A stretch of DNA of 64,000 nucleotides, from positions 20,945 to 84,944 of the IMG/VR virus record IMGVR_UViG_3300047508_000198; one strand, written 5' to 3'. Shown piece after piece: positions 1 to 10,196 of this stretch. The translations under genes and the position numbers were made by a program. The DNA is from a virus. The notes beneath the pieces are model-generated. The model was not told where the DNA came from, did not search any database, and worked only from the letters and a program-made list of their open reading frames with translations. The first letter of the stretch is position 1. Each line of letters starts with the position of its first letter.

Positions 1-421
1 GGACCATCGGCTTGACGATCGGCGCGGACAGCGGGTCGGCGTAGATGATCATGCCGCCGGCGTTGGTCAGCGTCGTGCCCGCCACCGAGAGCGGGTTCGT
101 CCAGCTGTACTGGATGCCGTACGGCGAGGAGCCGAACAGCGTAACCGTGGGCGTGACCGACGTCGAGCCGGTGGCCGCGGCTGACAGCAGCACGCCGGTC
201 GTCACCCAGCCGGTGCCGGTGTTCTCGAACGTGTTAACCCAGGCCTGGGTCACGGTCTGGAACTGCACCGGGGATGCGCCGTCGGTGACGGACGCGTAGG
301 TGAGCAGCGAGACCTTCCACGTGGCCAGCGAGTAGTTCAGGCCGCCGGTACCGGTCTGCGCGGTGGCCAGCAGCGCAGCCAGCATCGTGTTGGTGTACCA
401 GCCGCTTTTGGTCATCGCCAT
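1..421 (-). CDS. Probable virion structural protein, truncated by window edge
   Basis: Open frame MAMTKSGWYTNTMLAALLATAQTGTGGLNYSLATWKVSLL... runs off base 1; Thr/Gly/Ser-rich composition; follows 423..674 in the same orientation. Confidence 0.6.
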   Translation of the reverse strand, partial: MAMTKSGWYTNTMLAALLATAQTGTGGLNYSLATWKVSLLTYASVTDGASPVQFQTVTQAWVNTFENTGTGWVTTGVLLSAAATGSTSVTPTVTLFGSSPYGIQYSWTNPLSVAGTTLTNAGGMIIYADPLSAPIVKPMV

Positions 422-422
422 G

Positions 423-674
423 TCAGAGTCCAACCTCTAGATGCGTGACGTGCGTCTCCGGGTGGATGTTGACGTCCTGGCGGTTCTCCGACTCGGTGAT
501 GACCGTGCCCAGCTCGTCGGTGGTCTCCTTGGCCTTGCGGCCGGCGTCGATCATGCCGGGGTCGTCGACCGGGCGCCTGACCGTGCGCACCTTGTCCTTG
601 GTCTGGCCCTTCGACAGGAAGCCGACCGAGGCCATGCGCCTGCGGAACTCCTCCGGCGTCTCCAGCTCCGGCAT
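423..674 (-). CDS. Hypothetical protein (83 aa)
   Basis: ATG preceded by AGGAGG; tightly packed with neighbours. Confidence 0.7.
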   Translation of the reverse strand: MPELETPEEFRRRMASVGFLSKGQTKDKVRTVRRPVDDPGMIDAGRKAKETTDELGTVITESENRQDVNIHPETHVTHLEVGL

Positions 675-682
675 CGGCCCTC

Positions 683-994
683 CTAGGTGCTCGCGTCACC
701 TCTTCCGGGGCCAAGCCAGGCCGCCCACCGGGCGCGCAGGTCCTCCGCGATGGCCGGGGAGGCGGCCGAGGTCCGGGTGTCGGCCCAGGCGGTGCCGGAG
801 CTGAACAGCACGACGTGCCCCAGCCCGGTGACGGCCTGGACATCGGAGATCGAGACCTCGCGGTCAGCCGGGAAATCCAGCCGGACACCGCGGCCCTCGA
901 ACGGGTCGGCGGCGGCGATCTCCTCCGGCGTCAGGGCCCGGCCGGACAGGCCCCAGGCGGCAGCCGGGATCGCGGAGACGGGGACCTCAGGCAT
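683..994 (-). CDS. Hypothetical protein
   Basis: ORF 683..1018; likely start MPEVPVS at 994 overlapping the stop of the upstream gene. Confidence 0.55.
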   Translation of the reverse strand: MPEVPVSAIPAAAWGLSGRALTPEEIAAADPFEGRGVRLDFPADREVSISDVQAVTGLGHVVLFSSGTAWADTRTSAASPAIAEDLRARWAAWLGPGRGDAST

Positions 995-3900
995 ACAGCA
1001 CGTCGTCCTCGTGGTCATCCAGGCGGGGATCGTCGGTGTAGTGCGTGCCCTTCAGGTCGAGCAGGTCCAGGTTCCGGGCCCGGGTGCCGCGACCCTCGCG
1101 GATCAGCTCGTCGGCTTCCTCTTGCGGCAGCACGTCAGCGGTCTTGGCCAGGAAGTCACGAGCTGCCGCGGCGATGTCGCTGTTGCCGAGCTGGACGGCG
1201 CCGTCGCCCGCGTACTGCCGGGCCGCGGCCGAGTGCTGGAACTGCTGCACGATATCGGCGTTGGGCCCCTCTACCGGGTTCTCCTGGCCGGCGTTGGCGA
1301 AGGTCGTGTCGCCAAGGTCGTCCCCGGCGCCGCTCCACTGCTGCTGGCCCATGGTCTGGATGGAGGGGTCGTCCGGGCTGTAGGGATCGTCCATGCTGCC
1401 GGGCCCGGGATTCTGGGTCACCTGGCTGGGATGCTGGGCCCGGCCGGTATCGGTAGTACTACTGGTGTCGGTGTAGTCCGGTAGAGTCCGCGCCAGGTTG
1501 TAGGCCTTCGCGTCCTCATAGGTCGCCTGGTGCGGCTTACCCCACGCGGTCAGGCCATCTTCTTCCAGCGCACCCTCGGGCTCGTCCTTCAGCTCGGCCA
1601 GGGCGCCGTCCAGCTGGGGCTCGGCGATCAGGGCCTGCTTGTGGACCGGATCACCATGGTCCAGGCCGCACTCGTCGCAGCCGCGGTGGCCGTTGTCCTG
1701 GAAGGCATGCGCCGCAGCCTCAGCCGAGCGGCTCATCGAGGCGGTGAACGCGAGCCGGGCCGCGGCCAGGGCCTCCTCCATCCGGAGCCCCTGCGGATCG
1801 CGCGGCGTGATCGCTGTTGATGATCCTGCCGTGGCCGCGCGATCCGCGTAGCCGAATGACTCCTGCCCTTCGGGGACGGTGGCCGGCCCGGTGCTGGTAT
1901 TCATCGACGCGATATCCATGACCGGGCCAGCCGCTTGCCGCGCCGTGCCGTTCCTGCCAGAGGTGCTCGCGACGGGAGCAACCGGGGCCAGCACCCCTGT
2001 ATCAATAATGCTAGCAGACCTCGGGTCCTCGTACGCAAACGTCTGGCCCTCCTCGGCCCAGTCGTCGACCGAGGGGTGGTCCGGGATCAGCGGATCGCTG
2101 TGCTTCACCGCATCGGACGTCAGCGGCATCTGGATCGCGGAGTTGTCCTGGATCTCGCCCCAGTTGTCCGGGTCCGGGCCCGCCAGCGGGCCGTAGGAGC
2201 CCGGGTCCCGGTCCTTCTCCGGCGGGCTGGTCGCGCCGTAGGGCTTGGGCGGCGGGTCGTCGATGACGTTCTGGGAGCCCCACGGGGCGTTCGCCTGGTC
2301 GGCGGTCAGGACCATGCCCGCGCACGACATCAGGACGGCGATCGCCGCCGGGTCCTCTCCCGCATCGAAAAGAACCCGGGCGGCAACCACAGCCGGCGGC
2401 CCGTACTGCGCCGCACCTACTGAACTCAGGATAGGACGCCGGGTCATCGGGGCCTCGTACTGCGTGGCCCACTGCTTGTCAGACGGGTGCCAGGGCGGCC
2501 AGGACTTGGTGACGACCTCCTCGGGCCAGCCGGCCACCTCGGGGAACATCGTCTTGCGCACCGCGCCGCGCTGGCGGGCCTCCAGGCTCAGCGCATAGGC
2601 GTGCGAGCACATCCGCCCGGCGAACCGGGACGGGTAGTCAGGGTCCTGGTGGAAGCTCGCCCACGGGCAGCCGCAGCTGTAGGCCATCACCGAGAACCCG
2701 CGGCCCGGGTAGTACTGGAGCCCGGTCTCGTATGTGGCGTGATCGCCTTTGACCTCGCCGACCGTCAGGCTACCGGCCAGCGCAGTGATCCGTACGCCGT
2801 TCTCGCGGACGATCCGCTCGGCCTTGGCCACGACGTCGCGCCAGGCGGCGGTGAACTCGAACCGGAACGGAGCGCTGCCCGCGGCCTTCTCGAAGGCGTC
2901 CAGGGCGTCCTTATCCGGCCCGGCGTCCTTGCCGGGCTTGGCGGGCTTGACCGTAGTCACCGGCTGGATCGGGGCGAGGTTCTTGGTCCGCGGGCCGGGC
3001 GTGCCGCTCTGCGACAGCGGCGGCAGGCCGGTGACGACGGGCGGGTTCATGCCGGGCTCGGCGCCGGGATCCCCGGCCGAGGAATGGCCCGGCTCGAACG
3101 GGGCAGGATCCTCCTCGGCTGCCCCCGAGGGCTCCTGGCCAGGGTCCTCCAGGGGCGGCACCAGCTCGTCCTCGGTGCCCTCGATCGGCGGTTCCGGCTC
3201 CTCGCCTTCCTCGTGCTGGCTGGAGTGCATCGTGTCCCAGGGGCCCTCGACGTCATCGACGTGCGCGGTCCAGGCGTGCAGGCCCTCGCGGCTGTCATCG
3301 TCCTCGGCCAGCTGCTCCTCGGCCAGCGCCCGGTGATGGCCGTCGGCGATCATCTTGGTGTCCTTGCCGGGCCGGTCGACCAGGATGGCAGCCTTGGGGT
3401 CCTTGCCCTTCTTCTCCTTCTTCAGGATCTTCTTGCGGGCCTTCTTGACCTTCTTCGGGTCGCTGCTGGCCGCCCAGCTGTCCCGGTTGGTGAAGTCGAT
3501 CTGGTCGAGCGGAACGCGCCCGGGGCCCTCCCACTTCGCGTCGTGCACCCAGGACGTGGCCTCCGGCGGGAACTTCTTGCTCAGCAGCTTGTAGACCTCA
3601 TCGGCTACCGGGTCGTGCACATCATGCAGGGCCAGCCTCGCCGTCATCTCGGTGAAGGCGCGCGGCCCGACCGCCTCGGCGAACTCGGTCTCCGGGTCGG
3701 GCTCCGGCACGTACTCCGGGAGCTTGTTGGTAAACGACTGGCTGTTCACGAAGTCGCCCTCGGTCGCGGTCGGGGCCGCCTGCCAGCTGTGCAGGTGCTC
3801 GCGCTGCTCGGGCGTCCAGGGCACCCGGGCATGTTTCACGGGAATCATTCCGGCCGTGTGCCGAATCGGCTTGCCGAAGTCGTGGTGCTCGAAGGGCTCG

Positions 3901-5843
3901 TTCGGGTACTCCGGCTCGTGCGGCTTCCAGCTGATCCCCTGCAGCCGCAGCGGTGAACCCGGCTTTACCGGCCACTCGTCCTCGTCCTTGGAGTGGGCCC
4001 AGCCGATCCCGCGCCGGTCCAGCTCGTCACGATTGCGCAGGCGGTTGCGGTCACCAGGCCGCTTGACATGGAACATGACGTCGGTGTGGGTGGGCCGGTC
4101 CTCGTGCTCCTCGCCCTCGTCCTCCTCGCCGTAGCCGTGGTCCTCCATGTAGTCGTCGATGTTGTACTCGGGGTCCTCGTCGTCCTCGTGGCCGCCCTGA
4201 TCGGCCGCGTTCCAGATCGCGCGGTGGGCGATCTGGGTGTGCGGGGTCCAGTGCATGCCCAGGCCGCCCTGGCTGAAGTGATCCGACAGCGCCTCGGCCC
4301 GGTGCTCGCGCGGCACGCTCTCGTCGTGCACGTAGTCATGCAAGTCGGCCGGCAGCCGGACGTGGATGCCGCGGTGCAGGGTGTCCGGCCGGTAGGCCTG
4401 GTTGTACTCATGCCAGCGGTCGGACTTGTCATCGCGCAGGCTGGACAGGATCGCCCGCGGGTTATCGGACTGGTGCCGCGGCTGGAAGTCTTCCCAGTGC
4501 GGGTGCAGCGGGTGATCTTCGGGGATCTCCCCGCCCCGCCATAGGCCCGTCGGAGTCGGCCGGGGATTCTCGGCCGCGCCGCCCTGCTCCGGCCGGAAAG
4601 CCGGGAGCTTCTTGTGGACCGGGATCATCGGCTGGAAGCGGTCTTCGAGCGGCCAGTCATGATCGTGGTTCTGGCCGCCCTGCTCGTGCAGCGCCCGGTG
4701 GTCGTCCCAGATATTCCCGCCGGCCTCCTGGCTGCGCCTGAAGTTGTACTTGTGCCGGCTCATCATGTGGAAGACCATGTGCTTCTGGCCCTCCGGCGTG
4801 TTCCACGGGAACAGGCCCGCGGCCGTCGCCTCCAGCCCCTCCGGTGGCCCTTCCTCCTCCTCGCCCGGCTCCGGCCCGACCATCTCGACCGGGCCCGGCT
4901 CGGGCTGGCCCAGCTCGTCATCGACGAAGGCCTGCTGGGCCGGGGCGCCCCAGTAGACACCGCCCACCGGGGGCTCGCCGTTGTAGTCCTGCTCGCGCGG
5001 GTCGACGCCATCGGCGTAGCTGGCGGCCTGGTGCCGCTGGGTGAACGGCAGCGGCTCGCCGCGGTACGGGACCTCGCGGACCACCCTGAAGGGAGACTGA
5101 GACATCCGGGTGGCGTGCTCGTTCATCTCGTCGTCGGACTCGAAGTCCTCGGGGAATGCCTCATCGCCCCAGGTGATGTTGCCGGTCGGCTTGACCTCGT
5201 AGACGTGATGGGCGCCGCCGTGCTCGTGCACCGCGTTGTCGGCGTGCTGCCAGGCCTGCTCGGTATGCGGGGTAGCGTGCACGCGGGTGGCGGCCTCCTC
5301 CTCCATCCCGTCGTAGGCGCCCGGGTAGTGGGTCGGGTGGCCGGGCTCGATGTAGTCGCCTGTCCCGAACGCGTGGTTGGTGCCGTGGTACAGGCGCGGC
5401 CTCGGGCCCGGGTGGTACGCCGGGTTGTGCTCGGTGCTGTACGTGTCCTCATACGGCTCGACCAGCTGGCCGATCACCGTGATCTGGCGGCCGGGGTCCG
5501 GGCGGTCGCGCAGGATGTCGCCCATCTCGGGGTAGTCCAGGCTGGCCTCGTGCTCGTCGAGGTCGGCGGTGTGCACGCCCGCGGGCAGGTAGGCCGGGGC
5601 CTGGTGGCCGCCGCCGTAGTCCTCGCCGACCGGGCGCAGCTGGCTGCCCAGGAAGGTGCCGCCGCCCTGGCCGTCATCGAGCACGACCTGGTAGGCGTTG
5701 TTGCCCGGGGCGAAGGACTCGGTGATCACCAGGATCCGGCCGATGAAGCCGTCCAGGGTGCGGACCCGCTGGCCGACGTGGAACCCCTGATCGAGGGCGG
5801 CCTCGGACAGGCGGGACGAGTGCCGGGTGATCCTGCGCTCCAC
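987..5843 (-). CDS. Large modular polyprotein (Arr-like ART, second ART-like module, ParB/Srx-like, SWIM zinc finger)
   Basis: GTG at 5843 with GGAGG RBS. Motifs: RLYHGT..YIEPG..VYEVKPTG..PFRVVREV (Arr-like); LHRG..GMHWT..EDEWPV (ART-like); IADGHHRALA (ParB); CGCPW..GRMCSHAYAL (SWIM). HTA/HQA/KTA linkers. Confidence 0.8.
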   Translation of the reverse strand: MERRITRHSSRLSEAALDQGFHVGQRVRTLDGFIGRILVITESFAPGNNAYQVVLDDGQGGGTFLGSQLRPVGEDYGGGHQAPAYLPAGVHTADLDEHEASLDYPEMGDILRDRPDPGRQITVIGQLVEPYEDTYSTEHNPAYHPGPRPRLYHGTNHAFGTGDYIEPGHPTHYPGAYDGMEEEAATRVHATPHTEQAWQHADNAVHEHGGAHHVYEVKPTGNITWGDEAFPEDFESDDEMNEHATRMSQSPFRVVREVPYRGEPLPFTQRHQAASYADGVDPREQDYNGEPPVGGVYWGAPAQQAFVDDELGQPEPGPVEMVGPEPGEEEEGPPEGLEATAAGLFPWNTPEGQKHMVFHMMSRHKYNFRRSQEAGGNIWDDHRALHEQGGQNHDHDWPLEDRFQPMIPVHKKLPAFRPEQGGAAENPRPTPTGLWRGGEIPEDHPLHPHWEDFQPRHQSDNPRAILSSLRDDKSDRWHEYNQAYRPDTLHRGIHVRLPADLHDYVHDESVPREHRAEALSDHFSQGGLGMHWTPHTQIAHRAIWNAADQGGHEDDEDPEYNIDDYMEDHGYGEEDEGEEHEDRPTHTDVMFHVKRPGDRNRLRNRDELDRRGIGWAHSKDEDEWPVKPGSPLRLQGISWKPHEPEYPNEPFEHHDFGKPIRHTAGMIPVKHARVPWTPEQREHLHSWQAAPTATEGDFVNSQSFTNKLPEYVPEPDPETEFAEAVGPRAFTEMTARLALHDVHDPVADEVYKLLSKKFPPEATSWVHDAKWEGPGRVPLDQIDFTNRDSWAASSDPKKVKKARKKILKKEKKGKDPKAAILVDRPGKDTKMIADGHHRALAEEQLAEDDDSREGLHAWTAHVDDVEGPWDTMHSSQHEEGEEPEPPIEGTEDELVPPLEDPGQEPSGAAEEDPAPFEPGHSSAGDPGAEPGMNPPVVTGLPPLSQSGTPGPRTKNLAPIQPVTTVKPAKPGKDAGPDKDALDAFEKAAGSAPFRFEFTAAWRDVVAKAERIVRENGVRITALAGSLTVGEVKGDHATYETGLQYYPGRGFSVMAYSCGCPWASFHQDPDYPSRFAGRMCSHAYALSLEARQRGAVRKTMFPEVAGWPEEVVTKSWPPWHPSDKQWATQYEAPMTRRPILSSVGAAQYGPPAVVAARVLFDAGEDPAAIAVLMSCAGMVLTADQANAPWGSQNVIDDPPPKPYGATSPPEKDRDPGSYGPLAGPDPDNWGEIQDNSAIQMPLTSDAVKHSDPLIPDHPSVDDWAEEGQTFAYEDPRSASIIDTGVLAPVAPVASTSGRNGTARQAAGPVMDIASMNTSTGPATVPEGQESFGYADRAATAGSSTAITPRDPQGLRMEEALAAARLAFTASMSRSAEAAAHAFQDNGHRGCDECGLDHGDPVHKQALIAEPQLDGALAELKDEPEGALEEDGLTAWGKPHQATYEDAKAYNLARTLPDYTDTSSTTDTGRAQHPSQVTQNPGPGSMDDPYSPDDPSIQTMGQQQWSGAGDDLGDTTFANAGQENPVEGPNADIVQQFQHSAAARQYAGDGAVQLGNSDIAAAARDFLAKTADVLPQEEADELIREGRGTRARNLDLLDLKGTHYTDDPRLDDHEDDVLYA

Positions 5844-6016
5844 GGGACCTCCTCTCCCTTCTTCCCGGGAGGACCAGGCAAACTCTAGATTTTTAGAGCA
5901 CATCCGGGCTACGGTGAATCTTGCAGCGAGTCGTGCCGTGCATTATGACAGTGCGTAGCGGCAGGCCCGGTGTGGTTACCGTCCGTGACAGAGCGTATCA
6001 GATAGGGGAACATCTG

Positions 6017-6148
6017 ATGTTCGGTGAGGAGGGCTGGGCCAACGGCAACAGCTTCAGCCTCGAAAAGCGGCCTCACGCCAAGGTCGTCCCGTGCTGGAGG
6101 TTCGGTATCTCGGTCGAGGCCATGATGGCCGGAGCAGTGAGGGTCTGA
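6017..6148 (+). CDS. Small protein, paralog 1 (43 aa)
   Basis: MFGEEGWANGNSFSLE...PCWRFGISVEAMMAGAVRV; AGGGGA RBS; TGATG-coupled to next ORF. Confidence 0.55.
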   Translation: MFGEEGWANGNSFSLEKRPHAKVVPCWRFGISVEAMMAGAVRV

Positions 6149-6285
6149 TGGCCGACGACGACGGCTGGTCCAACGGCAACAGCTTCAACCTCGAAGCACA
6201 TCCCGGCGCCACGCGCAGCAACTGCATGGAGCCGTTCTACCCATGGGGCTGCACGAGGCAGAACCAGGACAGGGGCAGCATGTGA
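6148..6285 (+). CDS. Small protein, paralog 2 (45 aa)
   Basis: MADDDGWSNGNSFNLE...; N-half similar to paralog 1; TGATG overlaps on both sides. Confidence 0.55.
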   Translation: MADDDGWSNGNSFNLEAHPGATRSNCMEPFYPWGCTRQNQDRGSM

Positions 6286-6422
6286 TGTTCGGCAACACAG
6301 TCCAGCTCGACCGCCCGAACGACTACGGGATCGCGATCAGGGACCTGCCCGGCAAGGTCACGCCGTGCTGGAAATTCGGCGTCTCGGTCGAGGCCATGAT
6401 GGCCGGGGCGCTCCCGGTCTGA
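6285..6422 (+). CDS. Small protein, paralog 3 (45 aa)
   Basis: MFGNTVQLDRPNDYGIAIRDLPGKVTPCWKFGVSVEAMMAGALPV; C-half similar to paralog 1. Confidence 0.55.
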   Translation: MFGNTVQLDRPNDYGIAIRDLPGKVTPCWKFGVSVEAMMAGALPV

Positions 6423-6448
6423 CCCGCGGCACGGCGCGGTCGCCGGGT

Positions 6449-8019
6449 GACGGCCGCGCCATGCCGGGCCCTGCCTTGCCGATCCGAGCTGCGCCCTGAC
6501 ACTCCTAGCCCTGCGTGGACTGCCGAGCTGCGCCGTGCCCTGCCTTAAACGGCCCAGCCGCGCCATAACTGCCGAGCCGAGCCGAGCACGGACTAGCCAA
6601 GATAACCGAGCCGCGACGGCCGGGCCATGCCAAGCTGTGCCCAGTCAAGCCACGCGATGACTGCCGAGCCATAACGCGCCCAGTCGAACCACGCCATGCG
6701 ATGACTGCCTTGCTGTCCCGAGCTGATCCTTGACCAGCCGAGCGACGACGGCCTGGCCATCCCTGCCGAGCCTGGCCGGGCCTGGCCCTGAAGATCCGTG
6801 CCAAGCCGCGACGGCCACGCCCAGCCTCGCCAAGATCAGCCGCGCCCCGACTGCCAAGCACAGCCGCGCCGAACTGCGCTGTCCAAGTGAAGCACTGCCC
6901 TGCCTATCCGGCCATGCCGCGCGATGCCTTGCCTTGCTACCCGCGCTATCCGCGCCGCGCCTATCCAGCCAGGACCGGCGGCGCCATGCTACGCGATGCC
7001 TCACGACAGCACGCGATACCGCGCCAGCCATGCCATGCCGCGCCTCGCTATGCCGCCCGTGCGCTCCCAGGCCTAGCCATGACGGCCTGGCCATATCTGG
7101 CCATGCCACGCCTTGACCAGCCACGCACTGAACAGCCGTGCGCTAACTGCCTCGCCGCGCCGCGCCAAGACCGACCAGGCCTTGCCAAGCCGGGCCTTAA
7201 CGGCCTCGCCATGCCCTGCCGTGCCTCGCCAAGCGATGCCTAGGCTGCCGTGCCGAGACGAGCCTGTCCCTGACGAGCCCGGCCTCACCTTGGCGGCCAA
7301 GCCAAGCCATGCCCAGCCTCGCCAAGCCTCGCGAGCCTGACCCCGCCCTATGCTGCCCTGGCGAACCCAGCCTGGACTGCCACGCCGTACCCAGCCGAGT
7401 CGCGCAGAGCCTTGCACCTCCTGCCACACCTGGCCGAGCGGCCCTCGCTGTCCCAGCCGGGCAACGCCTCGCCATGCGCCGACAGCCTTGCCGAGCCGAG
7501 CCGCACTCAGCGCAGCCCTGCCAACCCGATCCTGGCCCTGACGGCCGAGCCCAGCTGTGCCAAGCCGTGACTCGCCTCGCCAAACCCGGGGGCGCCATGC
7601 CATGACGGCCCTGCCGAGTTGCGCAATGCCGAGCGATCTGTGCCGCCCAAGCCAACCATGCCTTCCGGCCTTGCCCAGCGCTCCATGCCGTACCCTCCAT
7701 GACGGCCTTGCTGCGCACAGCCAGTCCATGCCAAGCCCCGCATCGCCTCGCCATGACTGCGTTGCCCCGCCCGACCTGGACTGGACAGGCCTCGACTGCC
7801 TCGCCCGGCCTCGCCTAGCCTGGCCTTGACCCGCCATGCCTTGCGTCAACGGCCTTACCCCGCCGGGACGGGCTCCGCTCCGCCTGGATCAGCCCCGCCT
7901 TGCCTCGACTGCCTCGCCTGGCCCGGCCTCGCCAAGCCGTCCTTGCCGGGCCTTGACTGCCACGCCTTGCCATGCCGATCCGGAACGCGCCCAGCCTACG
8001 AAGCCGAGCCTTGGCTATC
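6449..8019 (-). repeat. GGY-NN pentamer array 1 (orphan; candidate guide-RNA array)
   Basis: Plus strand shows RCC-NN pentamers punctuated by GACTGCC/GACGGCC/AACTGCC (e.g. 6659, 6703, 6747, 6810, 6849, 7540, 7604, 7794); roughly 25-30 units; no credible CDS. Confidence 0.85.
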
Positions 8020-8024
8020 TAAGT

Positions 8025-10196
8025 TTATAGCACATCCTCGTCCGGCAGCTCGTCGCCCTCCTTGACGCCGAGCTTGCCGCGGACGCCCACCGTCCTCGGC
8101 GCCTTGTACTGAGGCGGGGCATCATGCGTCTCCCACTCGCGCACCTCCTGCAGCTGGCCGTCAGACCGGTAGACCGGGGTCTGGTGCTCCTCGTCCCCGT
8201 GCACCGGGTACGACCGCGCCTTCGCTGCCTCGCGGGTGCGGGCGGTGCGGCGGAACAAGCTGGCCTCAGACGGCATGCCCTCGCGCTCCTCGTCGGACTC
8301 CTCCGGCCGGTCGGACTCCTCGCCGGGGCCGGGCTCCTCCTCGCCGCCCTCCTCCTCGCCCTCGGGCGGGGCCATCGGGTCCTCGCCCTCCATCTCGGCG
8401 TCCTCGGGCCCGGGGGCCAGCGCCAGCAGCGGCGGGCCGGGCTCGGTGCCCAGGCGGGGGATGGGCAGGCCGCCCATGGAAGCGCCTGCGGGCATGCCCT
8501 CGACCTGGGCGTAGGCACCGAAGTCGTCCTGCAGGTCCTGGGGGATCGGGTAGCCGCCGTCCTTCAGCGCGATGTAGGCCCGCTTGCGGGTGTCCTGCTC
8601 GGCGACGATCTGGTCCACCGCCTCGTCCTGGGACCGGGCGACCTCCTCGTCCAGGTCGATCTCCAGGTTCCGGGTCCGGGTGCGCTGGGAGATCGGGATG
8701 CCGGCGGCGCGCAGCGCCTCGATGAACTGGCGGGTCGCGTCCTCGTCCTTCAGGTTCAGCACCTGGAACTTGCGGTCGGGGACCAGCAGCTTGGGCTGCT
8801 CGACGAGATGCTTCTCGCCGGTCTCCTCGTCGGTCTCCAGCACCTCCTCCATGATCACGTAGCGCTTGCCACCGTGCTCGCGGTAGGCGTAGTGCTCCTG
8901 GGCCTCGGCCACCACCAGGGCCCGCTGCCGGAAGTGCCGCGCCTGGAACTTCTGGTACTTGGTCATCAGCATGGTGACCAGTTCCTTGTTCAGCGCGTCG
9001 GCCGCGTAGGTCTGGCCGGACTGGGCACCCATCAGGAACGTCCGGGACAGGCCGAACACCTGCAGGATCGAGTCCTCGATCCGCTCGAAGTCGGGGGTCA
9101 GGTCGGGCATCTGCTCGCGGCCCAGCACCGGCAGCATCTCGACGGCGAAGTTGTAGATCAGCGCGCGGAAGTCGCCGGCCAGGGCCGCGTCCAGGGCCAG
9201 CTCGAAGTTCTCCAGGTCGTCATCGGTGGGGATCCACGGCTGGGAGGTGCCCAGGTCGGTCGCCGAGGCGCCGAGCTTGCACAGGATCAGCGGCGTGTAG
9301 AGCCGGTCGGCGATCGAGTCCAGCGCGGTGTTGAGCATCTCCTTCTGCAGCATCGAGCGCATCGCCCGGGTCAGCAGCGGCACGCCGCGCACGTTGAACG
9401 TGTCGCCCCTGAACTTCAGCTGCTTCAGCAAGATGTTGCTCACCGGCATGAAGGTGTTCTCGGCCGTGTAGGCGGTCAGCTCGGGGTACTCCTGGACCAG
9501 CCGGTTGTACTCCCAGGCGGGCTGGCGGGTCTGCAGGATCTGCCGGATCGTCCAGGGCAGCCGGATGAAGAACCGCGGCTCCTTCAGGAACGGGCTGCGC
9601 TCGACCTTGACGTCATCGGGGTTGAGCAGCTCCTCGTCGTCCCAGATGCCGAGGTCCTCGTTGAACGTGGCGAAGCACCAGGCCTCGCCCGAGGTCCAGT
9701 ACTCCCGGCCGATGTCGACGGTGAACTCCTCGTAGTCCAGGTGCTCCTCGCCGAAGAACAGGTCGCCGTAGAAGTCCTCCAGCCGGGAGTCCATGCACTC
9801 CAGGTGGTCGCCCATGGTCGGGAACTTGGAGAAGATGTCGACACACGAGCCGATGATCGGGTCGGTCTGGTACAGCAGCCGGCAGAACGCCCGGACCTTG
9901 GCCAGCTCCTCGTTCTGGCTGAAGTCGTAGGGCAGGTTGTTCTGCCGCCAGTAGAACAGCGGGTCGCGCGGGCGGCCGGTAGCGAACTGGATATCGCCGA
10001 ACCCGCCGCCCGCTCCGCCCGCGCCCCCGGCACCGTACGCGGCAGTGCGCCGGTTGACCGAGCGGTTCTTGCGGGCCTCGGCCACCTCGGCCGTCATGGA
10101 CCCGTCCGCGGCCCCGTAGGCCAGCATCCGGCTCATCCCCTCGGAGACCCGGCGGTCGCGGTCGAGGGCGGCGGTGGCGCTGAACCTGACCTTCAC
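8025..10196 (-). CDS. Portal protein
   Basis: 723 aa; CRLLYQTDPIIGSCVDIFSKFP, GREYWTSGEA, RGVPLLTRAMRS, ADRLYTPLILCKLG match large-actinophage portal patterns; acidic C-terminal tail. Confidence 0.8.
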   Translation of the reverse strand: MKVRFSATAALDRDRRVSEGMSRMLAYGAADGSMTAEVAEARKNRSVNRRTAAYGAGGAGGAGGGFGDIQFATGRPRDPLFYWRQNNLPYDFSQNEELAKVRAFCRLLYQTDPIIGSCVDIFSKFPTMGDHLECMDSRLEDFYGDLFFGEEHLDYEEFTVDIGREYWTSGEAWCFATFNEDLGIWDDEELLNPDDVKVERSPFLKEPRFFIRLPWTIRQILQTRQPAWEYNRLVQEYPELTAYTAENTFMPVSNILLKQLKFRGDTFNVRGVPLLTRAMRSMLQKEMLNTALDSIADRLYTPLILCKLGASATDLGTSQPWIPTDDDLENFELALDAALAGDFRALIYNFAVEMLPVLGREQMPDLTPDFERIEDSILQVFGLSRTFLMGAQSGQTYAADALNKELVTMLMTKYQKFQARHFRQRALVVAEAQEHYAYREHGGKRYVIMEEVLETDEETGEKHLVEQPKLLVPDRKFQVLNLKDEDATRQFIEALRAAGIPISQRTRTRNLEIDLDEEVARSQDEAVDQIVAEQDTRKRAYIALKDGGYPIPQDLQDDFGAYAQVEGMPAGASMGGLPIPRLGTEPGPPLLALAPGPEDAEMEGEDPMAPPEGEEEGGEEEPGPGEESDRPEESDEEREGMPSEASLFRRTARTREAAKARSYPVHGDEEHQTPVYRSDGQLQEVREWETHDAPPQYKAPRTVGVRGKLGVKEGDELPDEDVL

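Noticed and set aside
6237-8065. Many overlapping ORFs rich in ARLG/ARHG/PCLA over array 1
   Set aside because: By-products of the 5-nt periodic repeat in all frames; no RBS or codon bias
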